Part shown: positions 51,720 through 63,870 of the stretch, piece by piece | Position numbering within the stretch: position 1 is the first letter of the stretch | Layout: each line of letters opens with the position of its first letter | From: Heptranchias perlo | Taxonomy: Eukaryota | Length of the DNA stretch: 64,000 nt | Direction: 5' to 3' | Assembly (NCBI RefSeq): GCF_035084215.1 | Contig: NC_090325.1 | Location: 51,646,001-51,710,000, forward strand | Program-made: the position numbers and the translations under genes | Notes under the pieces: model-generated | What the model saw: only the letters and a program-made list of their open reading frames with translations | The model's database searches: none | What the model was told of the DNA's origin: nothing

Positions 51720-51925
51720 ATCCCTCCTCTTTCTCTATCTCCCTGTCTTTCTCCTCTCCTTTCCCCTCTCATCATTTCTTCCCTCTTCGCCCACTCTCCA
51801 TTCTTTTCCTCTCTCCCGTCTTCCGTTTTCTTTCTGCTTTTCCAGCTATCCTCCCCTTTCCTCTCTCCCACTTTTCTCTCCTTCCCCCTCGCTGTCACGC
51901 CCCCGTGCCCCCGCACCCCCCCCTC
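51720..51925. repeat. Polypyrimidine (CT-rich) low-complexity tract
   Basis: About 200 bp composed largely of C and T on the + strand. Confidence 0.85.
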
Positions 51926-52499
51926 AAATTAACCAAGTGAACTGAAGCAACTTTGCATTGAATTACTTGTCTGGATTGTTGAACTTCAGCCCTGGAATTA
52001 CTTGCTGATGGCCACCCGCACAGGGCCCAAAATGGATCTATCAGTTGTCTGAAATAGCTGCTCCAGCTCACTGTGGAATTGTATAAATGTTATAAAGATG
52101 TTGCCTTGAATAAGTGTCATAGTTTATGGCGATTCCTTTCATTGGAAGGTTCTTGTACTTGTGAACCTGATGTCATCTATTTGAAGAAGGGAGGGATACT
52201 ATATCAAATATATAAATTGTCAATAGGTCTCAGCAAGATGATCAAACACCTTTGCATTAGCAGGGAACATATTAAAAAACCCTTTTGTCTTCAGCCAGGA
52301 AGGTAAGAGGCAAAAGCACATTTACGGGGGGGAGGGGAGGGGCAGATTGTAAATCTCAATGTTTTGAAATAAACATTTTGTATTACTTTATTAATGTGGC
52401 TCATGTTCCATAAATGTGCTAATTTTCTTTAACTCTTTGGATGCTGGCATTTCCTAATGCACTGAAGAATGCTCTAATTACAATTCTCTTTATTTCTAG

Positions 52500-52670
52500 G
52501 TGACTTGGACTGCTAATTCAGCAGGGATAATGGTGGGTATTACTTCTGAAGCAAAGGATAGAGTTGTCAGTTTTCTTCCACTGAGTCATATTGCGGCACA
52601 AATGATGGATGTCTGGATTCCAATAAGGTTTGGAGCTACAACTTACTTTGCAGATGCGGATGCACTCAAG
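52500..52670 (+). CDS. ACSBG2: ACSBG2-like coding exon 8 (VTWTA…VVSFLPLSHIAAQMMDVW…DALK)
   Basis: LPLSHIAAQ motif; TTCTAG| acceptor and AAG|GTAAGT donor; 171 nt. Confidence 0.97.
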
Positions 52671-53947
52671 GTAAGTGATTTGAGTGGACTGAATCCCCCT
52701 TTGAAGAGTGATTTTATTCCTTCAAATTTGTGTGGAAACTAGGATTCATTCATGTCTAATCGGGATTTTGTTTAGCTGCTGTCTAACAATCTACTTTCCC
52801 CCTACCCCCAAATGTTTGATACAGCCCAGGTCAAATGATCATGTTTGTTCTCTCAGTTAGATACTAAAACCCTTACTGTTCTTCACTGAATTTTCCATTG
52901 AAAGATGCTAGTGCTAGGAATTGAAGCATTTTTCTGTCAAGCAATCAAATGGCATCAAGCAAGTTATAGATGTAAAACTCCCTATGCCTCAACCTCTTGA
53001 ACAGTCCCTACTGCATCACTGGCGCTTTATAGGTACCATGGCCCCTGACTGAGGTTGCCAATTAATGGTAGTTCTGTACTGTAGAAACTAAATTGAGACT
53101 TCGGGCAGATTTTCAACCCATTGATTATGAATGGCAGGAAATCTAGGTCTTTATTTCACTCTTCTTGCCATCAGCCTGAACTGGATGTAAATCCAAGTGC
53201 TAGAGGTGAAAGCCCAGTATGAAAACCCTCCTATTTTTTTAAGCAAATTGTTAGATTATTTGAGTTTGTTTTTAATTACATGGCATCAAATTTTCATTAC
53301 CATGATTTTACTATGTGGCTTTCAAGCTGGCAACTTGTGGGATCCCTTTTTTAAAAAAAATCCTCCACACTCTCTTGAAAGTGTCTGTCTACTTTTACTG
53401 GCTGTGGTGGCCCTCTATGGTCATTTCTCAGTTGTGAATGTGAGCCTAGACATAGTGTTGGCTGGTTATTCAAACATGGAGGGCATCAAGCACAATCATG
53501 TCCTCATCCAGCATCCACATGTGGCTTCCAGCAAGATAATCAGGAACAGGAACCCTGGCTATTCTGGATTTTTCTCCCTCTATCTCCCCCCTCCCCACCT
53601 CCCCTTCTTGCTCTTTTCTCCACTCCCACCCCCCCCCCCAACCCCCTCCCTCCCTAGGTTACAAAGATCATTTGTAACACTGCAATTGTTGCTCTGACTG
53701 AGATGAGATAATTCAGCACAGATTACGATTTGGACATGTAGCCTTCTGGTTCTTGATGGTATACCAAGCAGCGCCTTCCTCACTAGGCCATCTGGTTAAT
53801 TATTTGTGGGTTGGCATAGTATAAACAGGTACCAGCATAAGCTTTGACAAATTGGTGCAGTTTACATTGTTATCAATACTACAGTATTGAATGCCAGCTT
53901 TCTTCTGAATGTGAGTTTTTAAAGATTGGCATTCTGTTTCTTTTTAG

Positions 53948-54129
53948 GGTTCCTTAGTGAACACTTTGAAAGAAGTGCGGCCTACTGCCTTTTTAGGAGT
54001 ACCTCGTGTTTGGGAGAAAATACAGGAAAAAATGAAAGAAACTAGTGCTAAATCATCAGCTATGAAAAGAAAGATAGCTGTCTGGGCAAAGACTATAGGC
54101 CTGCAAACAAGTTATAATATTATGAACGG
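53948..54129 (+). CDS. ACSBG2: ACSBG2-like coding exon 9 (GSLVNTLKEVRPTAFLGVPRVWEKIQEKM…)
   Basis: GVPRVWEK motif; TTTTAG| acceptor and GG|GTATGT donor; 182 nt. Confidence 0.96.
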
Positions 54130-54184
54130 GTATGTTAAAACAAGAGGTTTTTTAATGCAGTTTCTACAACAGTAAAACAAGTGT

Positions 54185-54600
54185 TCATAAGAACATAACA
54201 TAAGAAAAAGGAGAAGGGGGAGGGTGCCCCTTGAGCCTGCTCTGCCATTCAGTAAGATCATGGCTGATCTTTGACCTCAATTCCACTTTCCCACCCTATC
54301 CCATATCCCTTGATTCCCTTAGAGTTCAAAAATCTATCAATCTTACTCTTGAATATACTCTGAGCATCCACAGCCCTTGGGATAGAGAATTCTAAATATT
54401 CACAACCGTCTGAGTGATGAAATTTCTCCTCATTGTGGTCCTAACTGGCCAACCCCTTATCCTGAGACTCTGCCCTCTAGTTCTAGACTCTCCAGCCAGG
54501 GGAAACAACCTCTCAGCATCTACCCTGTCAAGCCCTCTTAGAATCTTATATGTTTCAATGCGATCACTTCTCATTCTTCTAAACTCCAGAGAGTATAGGC
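54185..54600 (-). mobile_element. CR1 (family B) 3' fragment flanked by a duplicated exon end
   Basis: GLYSLEFRRMRSDRIETYKIL peptide (ORF 54392..54610); CATAAGAACATAA tail. Confidence 0.9.
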
Positions 54601-55342
54601 CTGCAAACAAGTTATAATATTATAAACGAGGGTATGTTAAAACAAGAGCTTTTTTAATGCAGTTAAAACATAGGGATGTACAGGACTGAAGAGATTATTC
54701 CAGTCCATCTGGTTGGGTCCAAAATTCGATAAAATAACAAGCATGTCTCAGTAACAACATAATAAGGTTTAAAATAGTTGAGAAAGACCAAAGTAATAGA
54801 TTGGAAAAAGCTAATTTTGGGAGGATAAGAATGGAACTAGGGAAGGTAAACTGGAAAAAAATTTTGACAGACAAAGAAATAGAACAGCAGTGGGAAATAT
54901 TTAAAATGGTGATCAATAGAGTTCATTCCTCTTTTTAAAAAAAAAACCAAGAACAAACTAGCCAATAATGAAACACCATGGATGAATAAAGAGATAAGAG
55001 TAAAACTGAAACTAAAGAAAAAAGCATACTCTATAAGTACACAGACAGTAAAAGAGATGACAAAATGAGAATACAAAAATGTAAGGAAGGATGTCAAAAA
55101 AACAATTAGGAAAGCAAAGAGGAGCTGCGAAATTAAATTATCAAGGAATATAAAAAGAAATAGTGAAGTATTCTACAGACACATAAATAACAAAAGAAAA
55201 ATCAGGATAGGGATAGGGCCACTATGGGATGCATAAGATAAACACACAGGTAATGACAGCGAAATGGCAGAAATATTGAATGGCTACTTTGCCTCATTAT
55301 TTACCAGGGAGACTAATGACATTAGAAGAAGAGATCGAAAAG

Positions 55343-55647
55343 GGACTTGCACAACACCAGGTTATAGTCCAACAGTTTTATTTTAAATCACAAGCTTTCG
55401 GAGCTTTCCTCCTTTGTCAGGTGAGTGAAGGGTTCTAAAAACGCATAGCATGTATAGTCAGAGAACAATGCCTGGTGATTACAGATAATCTTTCCAACTT
55501 CCCCCTATAACATCTCGGCTGGGAGACGATCACAGCAATCAAAGGTGTCGTTGGTGTTCAGACAGGTTAGCCACGGAAAACATTACATCCCAGTATACTG
55601 AATATACAATGGGTCAGATTACAAAGACAGAGAGAGAATGAGACCCG

Positions 55648-55678
<31 letters not shown>

Positions 55679-56091
55679 ATGTCCAGTTGTATTAAAAGCA
55701 GATAACTTTTTTTCACTGGTTATCTGTTTTTAATACAACTGGACATTCGCTCTCTCTCGCTCTCTCTCTAATCTGACCCATTGCGTATTCAGTATACTGG
55801 GATGTAATGTTTTCCGTGGCTAACCTGTCTGAACACCAACGACACCTTTGATTGCTGTGATCGTCTCCCAGCCGAGATGTTATAGGGGGAAGTTGGAAAG
55901 ATTATCTGTAATCACCAGGCATTGTTCTCTGACTATATATGCTATGCGTTTTTAGAACCCTTCACTCACCTGACGAAGGAGGAAAGCTCCGAAAGCTTGT
56001 GATTTAAAATAAAACTGTTGGACTATAACCTGGTGTTGTGCAAGTCCTTACATTTGTCCACCCCAGTCCATCACCGGCATCTCCACATCAT
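55343..56091. mobile_element. Penelope-like fold-back element: ~700-bp palindrome plus 44-bp tail
   Basis: Arms 55343-55706 and 55719-56047 are reverse complements with few mismatches and one indel in a (GA)n tract; 12-nt loop; a hammerhead motif lies in each arm. Confidence 0.9.
55966..56002 (+). ncRNA. Minimal type I hammerhead ribozyme motif (PLE type)
   Basis: TCAC-CTGACGA-A-GGAG GAAAG CTCC-GAAA-GCTT-GTGA: stem I TCAC/GTGA, CUGANGA and GAAA core boxes, stem II, palindromic AGCU in place of stem III. Activity is untested. Confidence 0.65.
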
Positions 56092-56749
56092 AAACCTGGA
56101 ATATTACTTCAAAATAAATTGTGTCAGTAGAACAAGGGGACACAGGTTCAAACTAATAAGAGTAAATTTAGAAATTCTTCACACAAAAGTGATCAATGTA
56201 TGAAATAGACTTTTAGGTAGAGCAATGAAAGTGGAATAATTTAAGTAACATTTGTATGCTACAGTGGGGGACTTTACAATGTTTCTAGATGGTGAATTAA
56301 GTTTGGCAGAATGGCCTTCCTAATCTATAATTCTCTTGGTACTGGCAGAATGCTTACAGCATCATCTGATGGTTTAATGCTCTTGGCTCTGGATTGTTTG
56401 AAGCTGTTCTCCTGATCAAGTGGACTTCCATCTTGTCAGGGGAGAGGATTTTCCACTCATTACTAACCCCATCACAGTCAAATGCAACCCCTCACTGGAG
56501 ATTTTACCAGTGCCAATGATGGCTATTTTCAAACAAATGGCCTACATCCTCATTTGAATGTGTGAGTGAGGGAAAAAAATGACTTGCTGAGTATTTCCAG
56601 CATTTCCTGTCTGTATTTCAGATTTCCAGCATTCGCAGTATTTTGCTTTTGAGAAAATGCCTAGAATGGCTTTGTTCTGCATTTTGCAAGTCTGTGCAAT
56701 TCTGGGATGTGGTTTCCTTGGAACAGCCGATGAATTGTAAGCCAGCGTC

Positions 56750-57495
56750 TTTTTTTTTATTCGTTCATGGGATGTGGATGTCGCTGGCGAGGCCAGCATT
56801 TATTGCCCATCCCTAATTGCCCTTGAGAAGGTGGTGGTGAGCTGCCGCCTTGAACCGCTGCAGTCCGTGTGGTGAAGGTTCTCCCACAGTGCTGTTAGGA
56901 AGGGAGTTCCAGGATTTTGACCCAGCGACGATGAAGGAACGGCGATATATTTCCAAGTCGGGATGGTGTGTGACTTGGAGGGGAACGTGCAAGTGGTGTT
57001 GTTCCCAGGTACCTGCTGCTTTTGTCCTTCTAGGTGGTAGAGGTCGCGGGTTTGGGAGGTGCTGTCGAAGAAGCCTTGGTGAGTTGCTGCAATGCATCCT
57101 GTGGATGGTACACACTGTAGCCATTGTGCACTGGTGGTGAAGGGAGTAGTGAATGTTTAGGGTGATGGATGGGGTGCCAATCAAGCGGGCTACTTTGTCC
57201 TGGATGGTGTCGAGCTTCTTGAGTGTTGTTGGAGCTGCACTCATCCAAGCAAGTGGAAAGTATTCCATCACACTCCTGACTTGTGCCTTGTAGATGGTGG
57301 AAAGGCTTTGGGGAGTCAGGAGGTGAGTCACTCGCCACAGAATACCCAGCCTCTGGCCTGTTCGTGTGGCCACAATATTTATATGGCTGGTCCAGTTAAG
57401 TTTCTGGTCACTGGTGACCCCCAGAATGTTGATGGTGGGGGATTCGGCGATGGTAATGCCGTTGAATGTCAAGGGGAGGTGGTTAGACTCTCTCT
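56750..57495 (-). mobile_element. CR1/L2-group LINE (family D) 3' part
   Basis: ORF 56813..57472, similar to ORF 34799..35443 on the opposite strand. Confidence 0.92.
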
Positions 57496-57912
57496 ACGAA
57501 AGCAGGTGTCATGTTTGGTTGTGGCCATTTGAAAGGATTTCTATCAGGCCAACCAAATTGGGGCTTCCACTGTTTAGTGGAAAAGAAAATGCGAATGGTG
57601 GGGGTGCAGTTTTGGTTGATCCTCCCTCTGAATTGAGCATCAGATTTCCATTTTCAATAGAAAATATATTTTTAAAATCACCCCTTTCCCCTTTTTACTC
57701 CTTCTGATTTGGAAGTACCAAGCCTTTGTTTTGTGCCTCTGACCCCGACCTGTCCTATACAGTATCTCTCCATCCTTCCCTCCCCTACCCTCTCAAAATC
57801 TGAACTAAATCAAAAACTTCTTATTGGTAAACCACAATTTCTTGCCTTTCTTGTTATTTTGTGCTATGTAGTGGGGTCAATGGGGTTATTTGCATCTCTT
57901 TTTGTGTTACAG

Positions 57913-58146
57913 AGAGGAATCTGTGCCCTGGGGATTCTTCTTGGCAAATAGACTGGTGTTTAAGAAAGTTCGTGATTTACTGGGCCTGGACCAATGTATG
58001 AAGTGCTTTACGGGAGCAGCACCCATCACTAAAGAAACATTGGAATTCTTCCTAAGTCTCCGTATCACACTTTATGAACTTTATGGAATGAGTGAGAGTA
58101 CTGGTCCGCACACTGTCTCTTATGCAGGAAGTTATAGAATTACAAG
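57913..58146 (+). CDS. ACSBG2: ACSBG2-like coding exon 10 (…FTGAAPI…YELYGMSESTGPHT…); gene continues beyond the window
   Basis: GAAP and YGMSE motifs; TTACAG| acceptor and AG|GTCTGT donor; 234 nt. Confidence 0.96.
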
Positions 58147-58603
58147 GTCTGTATACATGGTAATACTAGTCCAGTCAAGCGTATCACATTTACATTCTCA
58201 CGGATAGGACAGTTGTTTAACTTACACCATAACTTGAAGAAATTGTATATATTAGAGAATAGCTCATCCTATCACTTCAGATCTTTTTCAGAATTTGTAC
58301 TATTTCTGTTTTTTTTCCACCCAATACAATTTTCCTTTATTTCCTTCTGACTTAAATCTCTTCATTTTTTTTACATTGTTTGTATGGGTCAGCAGCTGCA
58401 CTAGTTGGTGGTCTGCTCAGAATAACTCAACTGTCTTCAAAAGTTCTTCAAGTTGTTTTTCATGCATAAATAATAAGCCAAAGATTGGGTTGATTTAGAC
58501 ACTCCGCTCCATCTCTGCTAATACTGAAAGCTACTTTTTCTGATTGTTGAGAAGCATTGCAAAAGATTTCAAGTGTGCATTTAATTTCACAATCTATTGC
58601 CCT

Positions 58604-58985
58604 GTGTCAGCTTAGCTCGGTGGTAGTATGCTCGCCTCTGAGTCAGAAGGTTGTGGCTCAAGTCCCACTCCCAATCTAGACTGACATTTCAGTGCTACTT
58701 TGTTAGCTGTTACCTTTTCTATTTTTAGGTGGATGTGAAAAATCCCATGCCACTTTTTCAAAGAATAGCAGGGAGTTCTCGTGTTCTGGCCAACAATAAT
58801 CCTTAAACATCACCACCAAAAATATTAACTGGTCGTTCATCTCTTGGCATTGAGACCATGCTGTGTTCAAATGTCATGTTTGCTTACACAACAAATAGTG
58901 ACTATATATTAAAAATATTAATTGTGAAGTGCTTTGGGACACCGAGATCATGAAAAGTGCTGTATAAATGCAAGTTTCTTCTTTC
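58604..58985 (+). mobile_element. DeuSINE (SacSINE1-like), full length but degenerate
   Basis: tRNA-like head GTGTCAGC.TAGCTCGGTGGTAG…GAGTCAGAAGGTTGTG, Deu core, and GCTGTATAAATGCAAG tail. Confidence 0.78.
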
Positions 58986-60027
58986 CCCAATTTTGAATCT
59001 CTACTTGGAAATGGCTAGCCCAAATGTATTTAAATAATACAGATGGAGATGAAAGGTGAAAATGCATAACGGCATCTTTTAAAAAAAATATATATTTTGA
59101 ATACAGAAAACTTTATTGAATTCAGTAAAGTTGATACACTTGGTTTGTGACATTGTTGGTTATATTACATGACCTTTGTAACTGCATACAGTGAGTGAGG
59201 TCTTGGAGTTTAGTATATTTCATTAGCACATTGTATTGGGTTGGCAGTGTCTTGGATACAAAAGTGCTTGGGATGGTTCAGGAGAATGGGTCAGGAAGAT
59301 GGCTGAGCACTAGATGAGGGTGTGGCTTGGATAGTGCGCCATCTCTTGGAGTGTTGGTGGGAAGCTGGAGTCTTCTTGGTCAACCAGTGGTTGGTTCTGG
59401 GCTCTGGTGTTGGGTGAGGTTGTAGACGGGGCCCACAATTTTTCACTGTTCCTGTGGATCACGTGTTCAGACATCAGATGTCATACAGTTGCTTTGCCCA
59501 ATTTGTTTGTTGTGATGCACCATAATAGAAGGGTGCACCTTCTTGCCAATATAATTTATAGTTGGTTACAGTCTGGGGACCTTTTTCGTGACAGGATTTG
59601 TGGGTTAGAACCATAGAAGTTTGCAGCACAGAAGGAGGCTATTTGGCCCATCGCACCCGGGCTAACCCTTTGCTAGAGCAATCCAAAATTAATCTCACTG
59701 CCCTGCGGCCTCTGGATAGCCCTGTATCTTCCTCTGCTTCAAATACTTAGCCAATTTAGCCATAAGAGATGCAATTGTCTCTGCCTTAACTGCTCCCTTG
59801 CTGGTTAGAAGACATATCTGTTGAGCATTGTGGAGCATTCCATGCTCCAACAATCCTCTCTAGTTATATCTTCTAACCCCTCTCAATTTTCTTAGTGACT
59901 TCTCACTGACTTGTCAATCAGAGGAAACAGCCTTTCCCTATTCTCTCTATCAAAACCCTATACAAGTTTATAAACCTTTATTAAATTTTCTCTTGGTCTT
60001 CACTGCTCCAGTGGAAATGGACTTAAT

Positions 60028-61874
60028 GGGCTCTATTTTAGCACCTGCGATCGGGTGCGTTCCTGGCGGGGGGGCCTACGAAAATCGGGGATCCCCGGGG
60101 CGGGTCGGGAGCCCGGCTCCAACCCGCCCACTTCCGGGTTTCCCACTGATGCGCTGACATGCGTGCGCAGCCCCCGCATGTGGGACTCCCGCCGGCAATT
60201 AAAGCCAGCGGGGTGCCACTTAAGCTATTTATTTTGGTATTTCAGGTCGTTTACAGACCTGATTAACGAGATATTTTTGGAGGGTTGGGATTTTACAAAC
60301 AACTGGGACTGTTTCCCGTACTGGGGGAAACACTCCCAGTTCAAATGGACGTGTTGCAGCCATCAGCCTGTGGCAGCTGCAAAGGTCCATTTGACAGGTT
60401 GTGGGGGGAGACCCTCACTCATTGCAGGAGGCTACTCTGTCACTTTGGACAAAGTTTGGCCTCCACCACCCTCCTCCCAACAATAAAATTCACCAACTTT
60501 CACACTTACCCCGGTGTCCAGACACATGTACCTACCTTGCGGACCCCCTCAGATGTACATCTTCCGGATGGGGGCCGCCGTAGCTGCAGTCATGACCTCC
60601 TCGGAGGGCGAACAGCATCACCAGCCACGCCGTCCACCTCTGACACGTGGAGCTCCACAACAGTGCTGTGACACATCCACCTGCACAGCAGGAGGGAGGG
60701 CAACCGCAGCGAAAGATGTGTCGCAGAGGGCACTACCCTCGCCACAGGGTCCACAGACCGAGGCTCAGCTTCCTTGTCCTCTCTGAGCAGCAGTGCACAC
60801 GGAGGCTCAGAGTCACTCGACATGTAGTCGTGGACATCTGCAGCCTCCTTCATGCCAAGCTGCTCCTGGCTGGCCCGAGCACCATCTTCTTACCTGTCGC
60901 TGTCAAAGTCACCACTGCCCTCAACAACTTCTCCGCATCCTTCCAGGGTGTCACCGGGGACATCGCCGACGTCTCTCTGTCGTCTGCACAAAAGAGCCCT
61001 GCACATACACCTACACCCACTCTGCAGTGACACAATGGGTGCATCCCCTTCATGCTCACGACACGTTTGCCTTACGCTTCCTACTGCACATATGTGATGC
61101 ATGCCCTGTGACTGCAGCACAGGTAGTGGCAGGTTGAGTGAGGCTGACCGTGAAAGAGATGCATGAGAGGGTGAGTATGAGACAGAGCCATGAGATTGTA
61201 TGAGGATTGGGTTGAGTGGTAGTGGCGGGATAAGTAAGTGCAGGTAAGATGAGGATGAGGTTAAAGTGGGTGTGAGGGGTGATGTGATAGAGTAGTGTTG
61301 GCAGTGCAGAAGGAGATGTGGGGTGGGGGCGGTGATGTGGTAGACGGAGTGTAGGGGAATGAGTAATTGTACTCACTTCGGCTGACCTACTTAGGTCATT
61401 GCAGCGCCTCGTGCACTGTATGCGATATGTTGGTGGTGCAGGTGACCTCATCTGCCACCTCGAGCCAGGCCTTCTTAGTGGCAGAGGCAGGCCGCTTTCT
61501 TCTGCCCGCCGGGGGGGAAGATCTCTGTCCTCCCCCTCCTCCTCACCCCGTCCAGTAAGACCTGGAGTGAGGCATCATTAGCCTGGGAGCAGCCTTCCCC
61601 CTGGGCTGCTCCATGCTGTATTTTTTCCTATTTGTTGCAGCATCTGTCAGTGGAGGACTGCCCCTTTAAATAGAGCTCCTCCAGCTGACAGACCTTACTG
61701 TGCATGCGCAGCCCGTCTGCCGCGCAGCTCAGCAGTGGGGAACACGGAACAAGAGGTAAGTGGATCCGATCAGCCTGCTATTGTGCGCGGGGCAGACTGA
61801 TTTCACTGGGCGCATTACGCACGTGCCCAATCGCCCCCCAGCCACGAACCCGCCGCCATGGTAATATCGGGCCC
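60028..61874 (+). mobile_element. Internally deleted Harbinger derivative (same family as 10099-15222, opposite orientation)
   Basis: TIRs GGGCTCTATTTTA and TAATATCGGGCCC with an AAT target duplication (60025-27 and 61875-77). Transposase N-terminus on + (60568 to ~61000); Myb/SANT exon 1 on - (61614-61377). Splits an old minus-strand CR1. Confidence 0.9.
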
Positions 61875-62204
61875 AATATCTCAAGTCTCTCCTCATAACT
61901 ATAGTCTCCAATTCCTAGCATCATCCTGTTGAATTTACGCTGTACGTTCTCAACAGCTTTAATGCCCTTCCATATTGGGGCTCCAAAAATTGAACACCAT
62001 ACTGTAACTTTGGCTAAACCAGTGTTTTGTACAAATTTGTCATTACTTCTCTGTGCCCTTATTTATAAAACACAAAATACTGTTGGCCTTGTTTATGGCT
62101 TAATCTACCTGCACTTGCACTTTCAGGGAAAATAATTATCCAATTTTACCTTTGTACTTGAGCCCTTGGGTCTTTCTGTTCATCTACACCCTTCAGTATC
62201 TTTC

Positions 62205-63297
62205 CAGGAGTATACAAAATTGGATTGACGACAGAAGACAGAGGGTGGGTGTAGAGGGTTGTTTTTCAAACTGGATGCCTGTGTCCAGCGGTGTGCCTCA
62301 GGGATCGGCGCTGGGTCCGCTGTTATTTGTTGTTTATATTAATGATTTGGATGAGAATTTAGGAGGCACGGTTAGTAAGTTTGCAGATGACACCAAGATT
62401 GGTGGCATTGTGGACAGTGAAGAAGGTTATCTAGGATTGCAACGGGATCTTGATAAATTGGGCCAGTGGGCCGATGAATGGCAGATGGAGTTTAATTTAG
62501 ATAAATGTGAGGTGATGCATTTTGGTAGATCGAATCGGGCCAGGACCTACTCCGTTAATGGTAGGGCGTTGGGGAGAGTTATAGAACAAAGAGATCTAGG
62601 AGTACAGGTTCATAGCTCCTTGAAAGTGGAGTCACAGGTGGATAGGGTGGTGAAGAAGGCATTCAGCTTGCTTGGTTTCATTGGTCAGAACATTGAATCC
62701 AGGAGTTGGGATGTCTTGTTGAAGTTGTACAAGACATTAGTAAGGCCACACTTGGAATACTGTGTACAGTTCTGGTTACCCTATTATAGAAAGGATATTA
62801 TTAAACTAGAAAGAGTGCAGAAAAGATTTACTAGGATGCTACCGGGACTTGATGGTTTGACTTATAGGGAGAGGTTGGATAGACTGAGACTTTTTTCCCT
62901 GGAGAGTAGGAGGTTTCGGGGTGATCTTATAGAAGTCTATAAAATAATGAGGGGCATAGATAAGGTCGATAGTCAAAATCTTTTCCCAAAGGTAGGGGAG
63001 TCTATAACGAGGGGGCATAGATTTAAGGTGAGAGGGGAGAGATACAAAAGGGTCCAGAGGGGCAATTTTTTCACTCAAAGGGTGGTGAGTGTCTGGAACG
63101 AGCTGCCAGAGGCAGTAGTAGAGGTGGGTACAGTTTTGTCTTTTAAAAAGCATTTGGACAGTTACACAGGTAAGATAGGTATAGAGGGATATGGGCCAAG
63201 TGCAGGCAATTGGGACTAGCTTAGTGGTATAAACTGGGCGACATGGACATGTAGGGCCGAAGGGCCTGTTTCCATGTTGTAAACTTCTATGATTCTA
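62205..63297 (+). mobile_element. Young CR1 LINE (family C) with an open ORF2 C-terminus
   Basis: ORF 62152..63219 with VPQGS and FADDTK motifs and no stops; TTCTATGATTCTAT tail. Confidence 0.95.
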
Positions 63298-63870
63298 TAT
63301 ACTGCCAATCCTTGTTTTTTCCTCTTCCAATAGGTATTGTATTGCACTTATCCACGTTAAATTGCTCATTATAAAATCTTTTACAGTCCTCTTTGCTGTT
63401 TACCAAACCTCCCACTTTAGTGTTATTAGACAATTTGAAGATTATGCTCCCTATGCCAAGTCCAAATCATCTATATGTACAGAGAGCAAAAGTGGACCCA
63501 GCACTGTCCTTGGACTACACCACACCCTTCTCCCATCTGAGCAACACCCTTTTATGCTAATTTTCTTTCTTGTGGTCAACCAACTTTCTATATTCCTCAA
63601 TTATCTTTTAGTATTGTTAACCCTAACTTGATCATATATCTCCCTTTTTAAATTTGTTTCATTTTAATATCTTTCTTTCTCCACAGAACTTAATTGTTTG
63701 CACCTCCTTTTTGCCTTTAAGGGATATATTTATTTTTTGCTCCATGCATCCCCTACTTAAAGATTTCCTACTGCTGATTGACCTGTTTTCCACCTTTTCT
63801 ACCCAGTTAATTTGGGACAATTCTTTTCTTTGGCCTTTTTTCAGTCCAGCATCCTTACCTTTGACTCTTC

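Noticed and set aside
51647-51932. R/E/G-rich and S/P/L-rich ORFs
   Set aside because: By-products of a CT-rich low-complexity tract.
58604-58680. tRNA gene
   Set aside because: A/B-box-like sequence runs directly into a SINE body; no convincing cloverleaf.
62152-63219. 355-aa ORF as a host gene
   Set aside because: It is a 5'-truncated CR1 ORF2; the apparent start comes from flanking sequence.
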